Shown one piece after another: positions 51,779-64,000 of a DNA stretch of 64,000 nt; position 1 is the first letter of the stretch; the number at the start of each line of letters is the position of its first letter. This stretch comes from Octopus bimaculoides (Eukaryota), in the NCBI RefSeq assembly GCF_001194135.2, contig NC_068988.1:47233586-47297585 (forward strand). Reading direction: 5' to 3'. Made by a program: the position numbers and the translations under genes. The notes under the pieces were generated by a model. It ran no database searches and was not told the origin of the DNA. It saw only the letters and a list, made by a program, of their open reading frames with translations.

Positions 51779-52815
51779 GACGTAGTACAGTATACAATAT
51801 CGTGAGGTTGTTGACTGAAGATAGTGTGTCTACCGGGGTTTGTACCGTTTGTCAAGTCACAAAAAGGACCCCAGACAGACAGTACTTGACGCAATATGCG
51901 TGCAGTTCCAAGTAATGCTGACTTTTGCAATACATCTAGATTGTAGGGTGTTTCGAAGGTTTTCAGATGTTTTTTTTTTTCAGATCGGGTGGTATTGAAC
52001 CCACTTCTCCGATGACAATACGGATAACCTTTATGTCCGACTCTCGTAACTGCCACATGTTAGCGATCTCAAATTTCAGGTCTCTATATTTATCAACTTT
52101 TTCTCTTTCTTTCATGATGATGTGTTGATCTCCTAGCACTGCTACGTCGTTTATTAGGCACTCTTGTTTGTCCCTCCTAAAGGTTACTATATTAGGCCTT
52201 CAGTGCTCTAACAATTTGTCTGTCTGAAAATCAAAGTCCCAGAGGATTTTTGCCTTCCCCTTTTCGTCCATTACCTTTTCCGGTGTATGTTGGTACCAAG
52301 CACCCGTAACCTCATATTCATACTTACGGCATAGTAGCCAGTGAAACTTTTGAGATACCATGTCGTGTCTACGCTTGTACTCTTTCTGCGCAAGATTTTC
52401 ACAGGCAGTAGCAATGTGAGTCAGGTTTCGACCCTCTTCCTACAAATTCTGCAGAGGTTTGTTGCACTTGGATAGTATATAGTCTTTTTCACTGAGTTGG
52501 TATTAAATGCTGGTCCTTGACAGAAATGATTAGGATTTCAGCATTCGTTTTTAGGTCACCCTTGTTGAGCCACCTCCATGATGCCTCCTGGTCTTTTAAT
52601 ATGTTGGCTTCACGGTAGAACTGACCATGTAATTCTATACGGAGTAGGGTTTCTTCTCTCTCGTTAGCTGTTCTTGTTCGGAATTCATGAGCACTTTCAA
52701 GTCAATTTTTGTTGACTCCTTCTGCACTAGCAGTATACTGTAGCAGCTCTTTTTTTTTTCTGTTTACCAAATATTCTGAAATTATTCTTCTTTCATTGTC
52801 GATGCACTTCCGTAA
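51480..52815 (-). mobile_element. R4/Dong-like LINE 3' fragment D with compound (AAT)(AAG)(ATG) tail (51480-51778)
   Basis: LHGQFYRE..SWRWLNKGDLK..HIATACENLAQKEYKRRHD..KILWDFDFQTD..RPNIV..LQKSALLGTARILRQVLSV. Confidence 0.9.
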
Positions 52816-52819
52816 GCTT

Positions 52820-53065
52820 GTATTCTTTTTGTGCTAGGCTATCACACCCACTACCCAAGTGGGTCACATTTTCCACCCTCTTTGCAAGGAGTCTGCATTT
52901 CTGGGTGTCAGACGTTTTATAGATGTTATACTTCATTGAATTGGTAGCGAGAGCCTGGTTTTGTGCAGCATTGATCAGGCTTTCGGTGGTACGATTCAAA
53001 TCACCTCGTTCAAGCCATGCCCATGATGCTGTATTATCCTTAACTGTCCATGCATTCTCATTTCA
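52820..53065 (-). mobile_element. R4/Dong-like LINE fragment C
   Basis: RMHGQL..WAWLERGDLNRTTESLINAAQNQALATNSMKYNIYKTSDTQKCRLLAKRVENVTHLGSGCDSLAQKEYK. Confidence 0.85.
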
Positions 53066-53069
53066 ATAT

Positions 53070-54399
53070 TATTATTATTATTATTACTATTGTTATTATT
53101 ATAACTGTTGTTGTTGTTGTTGTTGTTATTATATTATTATTATTATTACTTGATTGTCTTTGTCACGGCTTCTAACGCTGGAGTTGCCCTGCGATGTCAG
53201 CTGATCACAAGTGAACTCAGATAACACCCCGTATTTTTCGAGCACCATCCAGAGTATTCGTGCGGTTCCAAGCAGCGCAATATTCTGCAAGTGCTCCAAC
53301 CTTATTGCAGCCCCTATTTGTTCCATGTATTTCTCAAGATTTTTACTCACTGTTCCCAGGGTCCCGGCAATCGTTGGTACTAGTCCCCATTTTCATCGAC
53401 CACAACTGCTTAACCTCCCAACGCTAACCTGTGGTATCTATCAAATTTTCTTTCTTTTTTATCGCATACCTTGTTGTTAGATGAGCATGCTATACCTATG
53501 ATCCGGCATCGTTTCCTTTCTTTCTCAAGATTGTGTCTGGTTTCCTATTCTCTATCCCATGGTCGCAATGAATCATAAAATCCCATAAAACATAAAATCT
53601 TTGCATTATCATTTTCGATGATGCCTTCGGGTTTATGTTCATACCGCTTTTTGGCTCTGTTAAGTCCACCCTTGTTGCAAAGTGTCCAATGGACAATCCA
53701 TGCAATATTGTCATGACGTCCCTTGTATTCTTTCTGGGCTAGTGGCGTACATTGACTGGTAATATGCCATACGGTTTCTTCATTTTTTACACAAATTATG
53801 CACTTATCACTTTCTCATGTGTTGTCTATTCTGTATTTGATGTAATTGGTTCTTAATGCTTGCTCTTGGGCAGTAGAGATTAGAGCCGCCATTTCCGGTT
53901 TTAAATCACTTTTAGCCATCCTTAGCCATATTTTTTTTTAATGTCCACGCATTCTTTTCTTTATCCACCTTTTTTCAATTTAATTCATTCTCACGTGCTT
54001 GTACAGTGCTTAATCTTTGCAATCTTCCATCCTACACAAGCCTGACTTTCCTACTTCCAATAATAGTGGTTCTGTGGCTTGTGTTACATACCATGTCATG
54101 TTGTTTTCTTCTGCTTTAATGCTGTGTTCGCATCCAATAAGTCCTCTTCCCGCTCTTTTTTTTTTTGCACATACAGTCAGTCTGTGTTACATTTTGGGTG
54201 GAGTATCTCATATTTAGTCGGCAACTTGCTTGTCTTTCTGCCTAAGCTGTTTAGCTCTTCTGCTGTCCATGCGATTACCCCTGCTCCATATCTAAGGAGT
54301 GAAACTTCCCAGGTGTTGATAGCTTGAATCTTATTCCGTCCGTTTAATTTGACTTAAGCATCAGTCTCAGTCTGCGCAAGTACTCCACCTTAAATTTTA

Positions 54400-54400
<1 letters not shown>
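53070..54400 (-). mobile_element. R4/Dong-like LINE fragment B with (AAT)n tail (53070-53150)
   Basis: KFKVEYLRRLRLMLKSNLNGRNKIQAINTWEVSLLRYGAG..AQEQALRTNYIKYRIDN..KCIICVKNEETVWHITSQC..NRKPD..LQNIALLGTARIL. Confidence 0.9.
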
Positions 54401-54469
<69 letters not shown>

Positions 54470-55070
54470 CATTATTATTATTACACTAGTACATGTTAAT
54501 TTAGTTAGCATTTCATCTTGAAATTTGGTGACAACAATTCTCCCCAAATCTCAAGAATCGACGTACGGATTCTTGAAGAATGGTACATTTTCGCAGGTCG
54601 ACAATGTGAATTCCAATTTCAGTCTGTCAGTCTTTTAGGAAGCATTTCTGCTTTTGTTGTGTCAAGCGAAGCAAGTACTCGAGGAAAAATTGCTGTCTTA
54701 GTCTTCCATAGTCTCCTCAGCTCTCTATCTAAATCCTGATATTGCTCAATGTTTTCGATTTCTTTGATATCTACTGTGCTACTATAGGGAATTGCAAAAT
54801 CTTTATGATATTACAACGTTTGCTTATTTTGCCCTGTGTAATCATATGTGGTCTTATTGCTTCAGTAGTACGAACAATCTTTATTGGGAAGTTCCACAAG
54901 ATCTTGTATTTCTCACTTTCTATCGCAACGTCTGATTCGTGTTCAAACTCCATTTCAGTTATTTTGAAACCACACACTCGGCTATTATCCCACTGCACTC
55001 TTTTGGCTACACAATCTTATTCTCATTTTGTGTTAGTATATCGCACTTATCCAAAAGGTGATTGATACGT
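54400..55070 (-). mobile_element. R4/Dong-like LINE fragment A with (AAT)n tail (54400-54482)
   Basis: SEKYKILWNFPIKIVRTTEAIRPHM..IEQYQDLDRELRRLWKTK; decayed. Confidence 0.75.
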
Positions 55071-56002
55071 TCGTCTCGTTCTCTGTACATTCTACATTTG
55101 CTGTCTGATTGAGTTCTGTCGGTCTTTGCCTTTATCAGATTTATTATAATGACTTGTTCTCGAGCTGCTATAATTAGCGTAAATTCTGTAACAATAAAGA
55201 CACATTCTGCAGTCCAAGAAATAACACGTGTGAATTGTTTAACAGAATTTTGTTGCCTTGGCAGTACAAAATTGGAGTTTTCTCAATCAAACAAATATTC
55301 ATTTCTTTGTTAACTCAAATGTATTCCAAATTATTCCAAACAATGGCTGCCTCTATAAATACAGAAGCTTACTTCTGAGTAAAACAAAACTTGAAACAAA
55401 GGAAATTAATATACAAAGCATTTACTTATGTGTGCGTGTATGTATGTGTGTGTATATATGTATATATATATATATATAGTGAAGTATATTTGCTTGTCTT
55501 CACTTTATCGTGCAGTTACTGTTAACACCTCGTTCAGAGATTTAACATTGCTTATATNNNNNNNNNNNNNNNNNNNNNNNNNNNNNNNNNNNNNNNNNNN
55601 NNNNNNNNNNNNNNNNNNNNNNNNNNNTATATATATATATACATATATATGTATATATATGCATATATATATATGTATATATATGTGTATATATGTGTAT
55701 ATATATACATATATATTTTTATATATATATATGTATATATATATACATATGTATACATATGTATATATATACATATATACATATATACATACATAAATAT
55801 ATACACACACACACATATATATATACATACACACACATATATATATATATACATACACACACACACATAGAGAGAGAGAGAGAATCGCAAGTAAGGTGTA
55901 AGTGTATCACATGAATATTATCGAAAGAAAAGGTGAACAGAACTGCCAATAGGAATCAAGCGACGTCTGTTTCAAATATCCTTCGACTATGATATGATTA
56001 TA

Positions 56003-56890
56003 CAGGGTGTCCCAAAAGTCACTGATGGTTTTCAACTTCTAATAACTTCCTGAACTTTACATATAAATGCATGAAATCTTGATGCAATATAAAGGACATA
56101 ATGGAAATTAATATGCATATGTCAATTTTTTTAACACCACTACATCACATATAAAAAATGACATCGCTTAAATTGCAGCCATTTTCGGCTTCGCACGCCT
56201 GAGCTTTTTCCAAAACCTGCACCATAACACTGTAAAGAGTTTCAGACCCCACTTCTCTGATTTCTCTATGGATATTCTTCAGTTACAGCAGGGTCTCCCT
56301 TTTGTTGACTTAAATGTTTTCTTTCAAGTATCCCCGCAAGAAAAAAATCAGGCCAGTCAAGTCTGAGGAACGTGAAGGCCAGTTGACATTGTCGTCGCGG
56401 GAGATTATTCTGTCTCTAAAGCACTGCTGTGCGAGCTACATTGTTTCTCTTGCGGTAAGAGCTATTGCCTCATCATTCAAAGTAGACCAAAGTGTGAAGT
56501 CTACTTTGAATGGCCTTTACGTTCCCCAGATTTGATTAGCCCGGATTTTTTCTTGCGGGGATACCTGAAAGACAGGGTTTACGTCAACAAACTGGAGACC
56601 CTGGTGCAACTGAAGGAGAACATCAATAGAGAACTAGAGAAGTGTGATCTGAAACTCTCGAGGGTTTTATGGTGCAGGTTTTGGAAAGAGCACGGGCGTG
56701 CGAAGCGGTAAATGGCTGCAGTTTAAGCAATGTCATTTTTATGTGATATAGTAGTGTTGCAAAATTTAACTCATGCATATTAATTTCCATTATGTCCTTT
56801 ATATTGTAAAATATAATTTCAAACATTTACTTATAAAGTTAAAGAAGTTATTAAAAATTGAAAGCCATCAGTGACATTTGTGACACCCTG
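56003..56890. mobile_element. Foldback Tc1/mariner (DD41D-like) element made of two inverted 3' ends
   Basis: TA|CAGGGTGTC..GACACCCTG|TA. Both arms carry the transposase C-terminus (plus arm WPLRSPDLISPDFFLRGYLKDRVYVNK; minus arm DEAIALTARETM..RIISRDDNVNWPSRSSDL), about 41 residues between Asp. Confidence 0.85.
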
Positions 56891-56999
56891 TATATATAAA
56901 TGCGGATGTACACATATATATGCGTGTGTGTGTATGTGTGTAGGCACATGTGTGTGTGTGCGTTTTCGCTTGTGTGTATAAATCAAGAAAACGTGTATT

Positions 57000-58480
57000 T
57001 AATTCCCCAGGGACATTTTGTCTTCGTAGGTAAAGCAGGCAGTGTCTACCCAGACTGAAACTATATATATTAATTTTTCAAATATGAAAATTAAATAATT
57101 TACAGTCGAAACTTGCATCTCCTGAGATGTTAGAAATAGAATATGCATACAGATGTCGAAGTATTGTGTATTCATCTCTATGTGCATATCTGTGAGTAGA
57201 TATGATTTATGCTTGTATTTCTGTGCCAAGTAATTTGTAATGGATATCTATGAGCAGGAATGCATATGTGAAGAAAGCAAAAGTTTTTAAAAAACGAAAT
57301 TTATGACTTTATTTACAATTTAATCAGACCTGTCTCCAACAACATACATCCTTACAGTTCTTGATATACTGCTAACACTTTGTTTTCAGTTTTTGAAACG
57401 TCTTCTGGAGCGCAGTTCCCAGTGGCAATCTTCGATTTCTTTTATTGTGTGAAGTCAACTTCGGGAGAGTAGTGCGGCTGGCACACCGGAGTCCTCCCGT
57501 ATTGCAGGGCGAAGCATTATCATGTCCCAATCCCAATTTTTTCCACCGTACCTCAGCAATATTCCTACATACTACCTTAGAATATCAAATTAAATCTCAT
57601 TTCTGATCTTCTGACACCCTTGAACAAACTCAGGATGAACGACACGGTTCCAGTGATAAAAGAGTCAATCAATCGCTTTGACATTTGAGTAATGTGTATG
57701 TTTTTTGTTCCGTTGAGGTGACACGGATGCAATCTTTTATTAAGATTGCATGTTTGTTCTGAAATTGTCACCGTGTACCTACGTCCATTATCTGTTATAC
57801 TCTCAAGAGTTTTAAGCAATGTTCATACGACGAAACTCTTTGTTGACTGTGACTTGTTTCTCTTTTTGTAACGAAGTTGAAATTTTGCGGCAATAACAAA
57901 TATCTTGAAGTTATTTTTGGGGGTTTAAGTGACAAGAAGTTTTACATATATCTGCTTGCCCCCAAAGGTTCATCAATAATGGTACACCAATTTTAATGCA
58001 TCACAGTGCCCTCTTTTGCACGCTGGCATCGTCATATGTTGTTGCAGTAGGTTGTCAAGGTAATTCATCGTTTTCGGTTCTCAGTGGATGCTTTCATGTT
58101 ATTCTCGATTTGAAACGCTGTCAACACTCGTGGCATTACTCACGGCTTCAGCAATTTTCTCCTTAGGCCTTATATACGTCGGAAATGTCTTAGTTAACTT
58201 TCCCCTTCTTTGAAGCATTTTCTGCCGAACGCAATGCTCTTCTAAGACCTTCGTTGTTCAACTCGCGCAAAATCGCTTGGTATACTAAACTTCAGCTTAC
58301 TCTAGCCTGTAAAGATAGATTGCCAACTCATGCAACTTTATGTGTTTATTACCAACTTTATGTGTTTATTACATTATGGAGCCCTACACAAATTACCAGC
58401 GTTGCGAATATTTTTCAATAAAGTTATTGAACACATAAACATTCTATTCCCACATCTTTTCTGCCCACGTCCAAAATTTA
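57000..58480 (-). mobile_element. Highly decayed piggyBac-like transposase relic
   Basis: Frameshifted minus-strand motifs in the expected order: ILRELNNEGLRR; CTIIDEPL; KPPK..FKIFVIAA; LKTLESITDNGRR..GDNF. Ends not confirmed. Confidence 0.5.
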
Positions 58481-58899
58481 AGATAAAAGTTGCATAGGAT
58501 GGTAAACAAAAACAGACCTGTATACAACCGCTACTGAAATATTTGTATCACTTAGAAGACTAATATCTGAATATACGCCTATGAGTATATGCGTACATGT
58601 GTGTGAATGTGTATATGCATGTGTAACATTATGAACTTTACCGATATATGTGTGTAAATATTTATGAGAATTTATGTGTGCACATGTGTGTGTGTGCGTT
58701 ACGGGAGGACTCCGGTGTGCCAGACGCACTACTCTCCCGAAGTTGACTTTACACAATAAAAGAAATCGAAGATTGCCACTGGGAACTGCGCTCCAGAAGA
58801 CGTTTCAAAAACTGAAAACAAAGTGTTAGCAGTATATCAAGAACTGTAAGGATGTATGTTGTTGGAGACAGGTCTGATTAAATTGTAAATAAAGTCATA
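57302..58899. repeat. 200-bp inverted repeat pair (57302-57501 and 58700-58899), about 99% identical
   Basis: Only 2 mismatches seen by eye; TA at both outer ends. Confidence 0.9.
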
Positions 58900-59139
58900 T
58901 GCGTCTATGTATTCGTGTTTATATCTGCACGTGATCTTGAATTTGTATGTATGTATATTTGTACGTATATATATATCACACGGCTTTTGAACAATTTGTA
59001 TATAGACGTATTGTATACATTTACGAAGATATTTCACAAGTTTTCTTTACCTCTTGAATTATTCGAGTCTGTATATAAATATGCTATCAGACGTCTTATC
59101 ATGCTACATTGCTGTTAGTGCTTCCTCAATTATTTTCAT

Positions 59140-59470
59140 TCAATTTTTTTTTTGTTTCCCTTCGCCTATTTTCTCATTTTTCACCTGTATTTGCCTGACC
59201 TTAAACCGCTTAGAAATAGAAAAAAAAATCAAAAGGCAACCTCTTTCCTGTTTCCTCAGCACACCTAACTCCCAACACTCTGTATAAAACTCTACCATAA
59301 TATATGTTATCTCACTCCCATCTTTCCTCATCTCCTGCGTTTGGTACTTGCCAAAGACATTCTTCCTCTTTCTCTATTCCCATCCCAACCCTATTAGATT
59401 CCACTCTTCTTTTCTTCTCAGTTACCCACTTTTTGTGTCGCCCAAATCATCCTCTCTCTCTCCCAGAGAC
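59140..59470 (+). mobile_element. Possible second Penelope-like 3' remnant
   Basis: Pyrimidine-rich tract loosely resembling the 2280-2000 UTR; weak. Confidence 0.3.
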
Positions 59471-59907
59471 CTATATGAAATACGACAGCATTTCATAAGA
59501 ATCTTTATATTTATTTTATGTATGAAATATTCTCGTATATGCCTGTTATATATGTGTTGTTATATTTGTCTCTGTTTCATTATATATCTTACGAAGAAAA
59601 TGGCTGCATGTACTTTTGTGATTATACTTATACTTATTGCATTCCTGCACAATGTTTACAAGTATATTGATATATATGTGCATTGATGTGAATGTTTATG
59701 CAAACATGTCCGTACGTGTGCTAATATTTGTTTAAGGTTGTACTTTGCTATGCACATAAGAAATGATACATCTTTATGTTTAACTTATTATGTAAGTATA
59801 TATAAATGCATGTATATGTGCAAGTTTTTGATTTCTCCCTGTGTCTCTCTCAATATATATACACACATACATGCACACATGCATATCTACACGTATGCTT
59901 ATAAATA

Positions 59908-59949
<42 letters not shown>

Positions 59950-60193
59950 CACATACATATATGTGAGGGCCTCTATTTGCATGAACATATATTCACATTT
60001 GTCTACCATGAACATCCCAATACGGATGTTAATAATATAACGTATGGTATTGCTTTTGTGCACGTTATGTAGGTGTATACGTATATCTGTCTATTCATGA
60101 GTGAGTTTATACGAAAATATGTGCGTGCCCCAGTGTGTCCAAGCTGGCATGCATATATGTATACTTGTCGGTATTTCAGGTGTGTGTGTGTGG

Positions 60194-60241
<48 letters not shown>

Positions 60242-60845
60242 NNNNNNNNNNNNNNNNNNNNNNNNNNNNNNNNNNNNNNNNNNNNNNNNNNNNNNNNNNN
60301 NNNNNNNNNNNNNNNNNNNNNNNNNNNNNNNNNNNNNNNNNNNNNNNNNNNNNNNNNNNNNNNNNNNNNNNNNNNNNNNNNNNNNNNNNNNNNNNNNNNN
60401 NNNNNNNNNNNNNNNNNNNNNNNNNNNNNNNNNNNNNNNNNNNNNNNNNNNNNNNNNNNNNNNNNNNNNNNNNNNNNNNNNNNNNNNNNNNNNNNNNNNN
60501 NNNNNNNNNNNNNNNNNNNNNNNNNNNNNNNNNNNNNNNNNNNNNNNNNNNNNNNNNNNNNNNNNNNNNNNNNNNNNNNNNNNNNNNNNNNNNNNNNNNN
60601 NNNNNNNNNNNNNNNNNNNNNNNNNNNNNNNNNNNNNNNNNNNNNNNNNNNNNNNNNNNNNNNNNNNNNNNNNNNNNNNNNNNNNNNNNNNNNNNNNNNN
60701 NNNNNNNNNNNNNNNNNNNNNNNNNNNNNNNNNNNNNNNNNNNNNNNNNNNNNNNNNNNNNNNNNNNNNNNNNNNNNNNNNNNNNNNNNNNNNNNNNNNN
60801 NNNNNNNTATATATATATATATACATACACTCACACGTGCACACG

Positions 60846-60883
<38 letters not shown>

Positions 60884-61559
60884 TACATACATACATGCAT
60901 ACACACATACATACTTACATATGTTGTATGGCTGCTGAGTTTAGCCAATTATTTCAATACGTATATTTGTGCGCTGTGAAAACCACTTGTGTATGAGTGT
61001 GTGTGGACGGGGGAGTACGTGTATGTTTGTTTGTAAACTTTCTACGTAGCAGCCTATTATATCCGTTAGTTTTCACATTTATGTATTGATGTCACGTGAA
61101 ATGTATGGTAATATTTAGAACATTCTATCGATTTCCATAAAATTATTGAAATGTATAACGCTTGTGTACTTAGATGTGTTTGAAAAGTACTTTTACACAA
61201 AACTTCACCTCCCTGGAGAATTCCTTTAGTATACACTTTTTTATAGTAAGTAATCTCTTCTTCATGTCACTGCCTACTCTGACTATGTACTCACAATACC
61301 TCTATGCTGTGTATTGGTAGAATATGTGTTACTTTCAAATTGGTGAAGATCCATTTGATCTTTACCCACAATTTAACTACGTGCAATCCAGAGTGACTTA
61401 TCGGTTGTGCAGTGAATGAACATCTAGATGTTGATATCAATACGCCCATCTGTCTACTTATCTATCTATCTGTCTGTCTGTCTATCTATCTATCTATTTA
61501 TTTATCGATATACATCCACACAAACACAAACACACATAAACATAAGAATATTTCAAGGG

Positions 61560-61735
61560 AAAAGGAAAGTCAATTACTTCGACTCCAGTATTTAAATGGC
61601 ACTTATTTTATCGACACCGAAAGGATTCGTGGCAAAGTCGACCTCAGCGGAATTTGAAATCAGAAAGTAAAGACGAACTAAATATCACTAAATATTTTAT
61701 CCGACGTGCTAACGGTTGTACCAGCTCGTCGCCTT
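61560..61735 (-). mobile_element. SINE family A copy
   Basis: GGCAAAGTCGACCTCAGCGGAATTTGAA. Confidence 0.8.
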
Positions 61736-61991
61736 TGCACTAACGATAATTATCATCATAATAATTCCAATTTAATTTTGTCCATACTGACGAGAGTTGA
61801 ATGGGTCCACAGTGCAGCCTAACAATTCTTAATCATATCGTCTTGAGAAACCCAAGATACTAAGATTACATTCCTCCCATATTATAATTGAATTCTTCGG
61901 TCTTTCTCAGCAATCATTACCTTCGATCAGTCAGCATATGTTTGTACATGTTGAAACGCAAGCAGTATCGTCACCAATTTTCCTCTCCAAG

Positions 61992-62024
<33 letters not shown>

Positions 62025-63399
62025 NNNNNNNNNNNNNNNNNNNNNNNNNNNNNNNNNNNNNNNNNNNNNNNNNNNNNNNNNNNNNNNNNNNNNNNNNNNN
62101 NNNNNNNNNNNNNNNNNNNNNNNNNNNNNNNNNNNNNNNNNNNNNNNNNNNNNNNNNNNNNNNNNNNNNNNNNNNNNNNNNNNNNNNNNNNNNNNNNNNN
62201 NNNNNNNNNNNNNNNNNNNNNNNNNNNNNNNNNNNNNNNNNNNNNNNNNNNNNNNNNNNNNNNNNNNNNNNNNNNNNNNNNNNNNNNNNNNNNNNNNNNN
62301 NNNNNNNNNNNNNNNNNNNNNNNNNNNNNNNNNNNNNNNNNNNNNNNNNNNNNNNNNNNNNNNNNNNNNNNNNNNNNNNNNNNNNNNNNNNNNNNNNNNN
62401 NNNNNNNNNNNNNNNNNNNNNNNNNNNNNNNNNNNNNNNNNNNNNNNNNNNNNNNNNNNNNNNNNNNNNNNNNNNNNNNNNNNNNNNNNNNNNNNNNNNN
62501 NNNNNNNNNNNNNNNNNNNNNNNNNNNNNNNNNNNNNNNNNNNNNNNNNNNNNNNNNNNNNNNNNNNNNNNNNNNNNNNNNNNNNNNNNNNNNNNNNNNN
62601 NNNNNNNNNNNNNNNNNNNNNNNNNNNNNNNNNNNNNNNNNNNNNNNNNNNNNNNNNNNNNNNNNNNNNNNNNNNNNNNNNNNNNNNNNNNNNNNNNNNN
62701 NNNNNNNNNNNNNNNNNNNNNNNNNNNNNNNNNNNNNNNNNNNNTATATATATATAAACGTATGTATGTACGTATGTATGTATCTATGTATGTATTTCTT
62801 TGTGTATTTTTGTATCCACCAGTGCAGTGTTGATCACTCATTTTCATCGTTCGACATTTACGTATCTACATATATCTGTGTGTGTGTGTGTATATGTATG
62901 TGTATGTGTATGTGTGTGTATAAAAAAACCTAACTTGTTAATTCAAATTCGGTGTGTGCTGTGTTCCAGTACTTAAAGGAAAATGTATGGTAAATAAACA
63001 AACGATATAATGTATACTGAGTTTACAACCGGACGGGAGACAAACACAACAGGTCCTTAATTCTTCATCAGTTCTCAACCAATTGGTAATACTCCGTTTT
63101 GCACCATCAATGATAAGACTGAGGGCTTCTCATATGGGCGATATACCTTTAAATATATGCATATTTATATGCGTGTGTGCATGTGTGTATATATATATAA
63201 AGTATATCAATATAAATGTGAGCCCGCTTTTAGTACACAAACTTTGTATTTAAATGAAGTGTACCCTGTCTATAAACAAAGAATTCGGAATCTGTAGATA
63301 CAATGTGGTCATCAATTTACAACAGATACTGTATCTTATTATTAATTTTTGTACTTAAATTTCTGTTTAACATCAATATGCTCATGTTAATGTGAGTGA

Positions 63400-63600
63400 G
63401 ACAGAATCGTTAATACACCAGACAAAATATTTAATAGCATTTCGTCCGTCTAAACGTTCGGAGTTCAAGTTCCACCGAAGGTGACTTTCCATTTCATCTT
63501 TTCGGAGTCAATAAAATAAGTATTAGTTAAGCACTGGGGTCGATATGAACGACTTATTTCCTCCCTGAATTTGCTGGCCTTGTGTCAAAATTTTAACCAG
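63400..63600 (+). mobile_element. SINE family A copy
   Basis: CAGAATCGTTAA..GAGTTCAAGTTCCACCGA..GCACTGGGGTCGAT. Confidence 0.8.
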
Positions 63601-64000
63601 TTTGAGTGAGACATGACACTTTATTTAAAAGAACTGTGGTCAATTATTTACACAGCTCAGACGCACAGTTTTGGTTTATTTAGATGAAGAATAACTGTCT
63701 CTGTGACCTTTTACTGGGATCTTGATAGATGTTGCAGGGAAAGGTGAAAAGAGACATTGAATCTTTAGACAATATAATTCGTAAGGCATGTGGATAATTA
63801 TTTACACAACTAGATGTCCGGTCTTGATTTATCGGGATGGGGAAAGACAGTTTCTAGGTTCTTTTGCAAGGCCGTGAGATATGCAATAAGGAAAGAGTAA
63901 TATAAATTACCGAAACGTGGATTACTATTGCAGGAAGTAATACAAATAGACATCGAGTTATTCTTCCGAAGATCAAATTCAAAACCTTGCAACAGAGCTG

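Overview
This is AT-rich animal genomic DNA with about 20 N-gaps (roughly 7 kb), nearly all flanked by microsatellites. The SINE families and repeat landscape suggest an octopus/coleoid cephalopod; that is inferred from recalled repeat consensuses, not from a database search. I cannot recognise an intact host protein-coding gene, rRNA, true tRNA or CRISPR array. Most long entries in the ORF track are microsatellite or N-gap artefacts. The window is a transposon graveyard: two abundant tRNA-headed SINE families, six R4/Dong-like RLE LINE fragments, Tx1/L1-, CR1- and RTE-like LINE remnants, Penelope-like (GIY-YIG) remnants, Tc1/mariner relics (mariner, DD37D-like, DD41D-like), a Tigger/pogo relic, a Helitron derivative and a piggyBac-like relic. 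The most interesting signals follow. (1) Three hammerhead-ribozyme-like motifs: a near-canonical minimal type I at 6259-6308, a U3-A8 compensatory variant inside a 300-bp palindrome near 27 kb, and a decayed one in a Penelope pseudo-LTR. (2) A head-to-tail chain of R4-like LINEs, each joined to the (AAT)n tail of the previous one. (3) A SINE 3' tail shared with a Tx1/L1-like LINE. (4) Foldback elements built from two copies of the same transposon end. (5) A clean E-box/CCAAT/TATA promoter on the minus strand with no identifiable gene. All alignments, translations and folds were done by eye.
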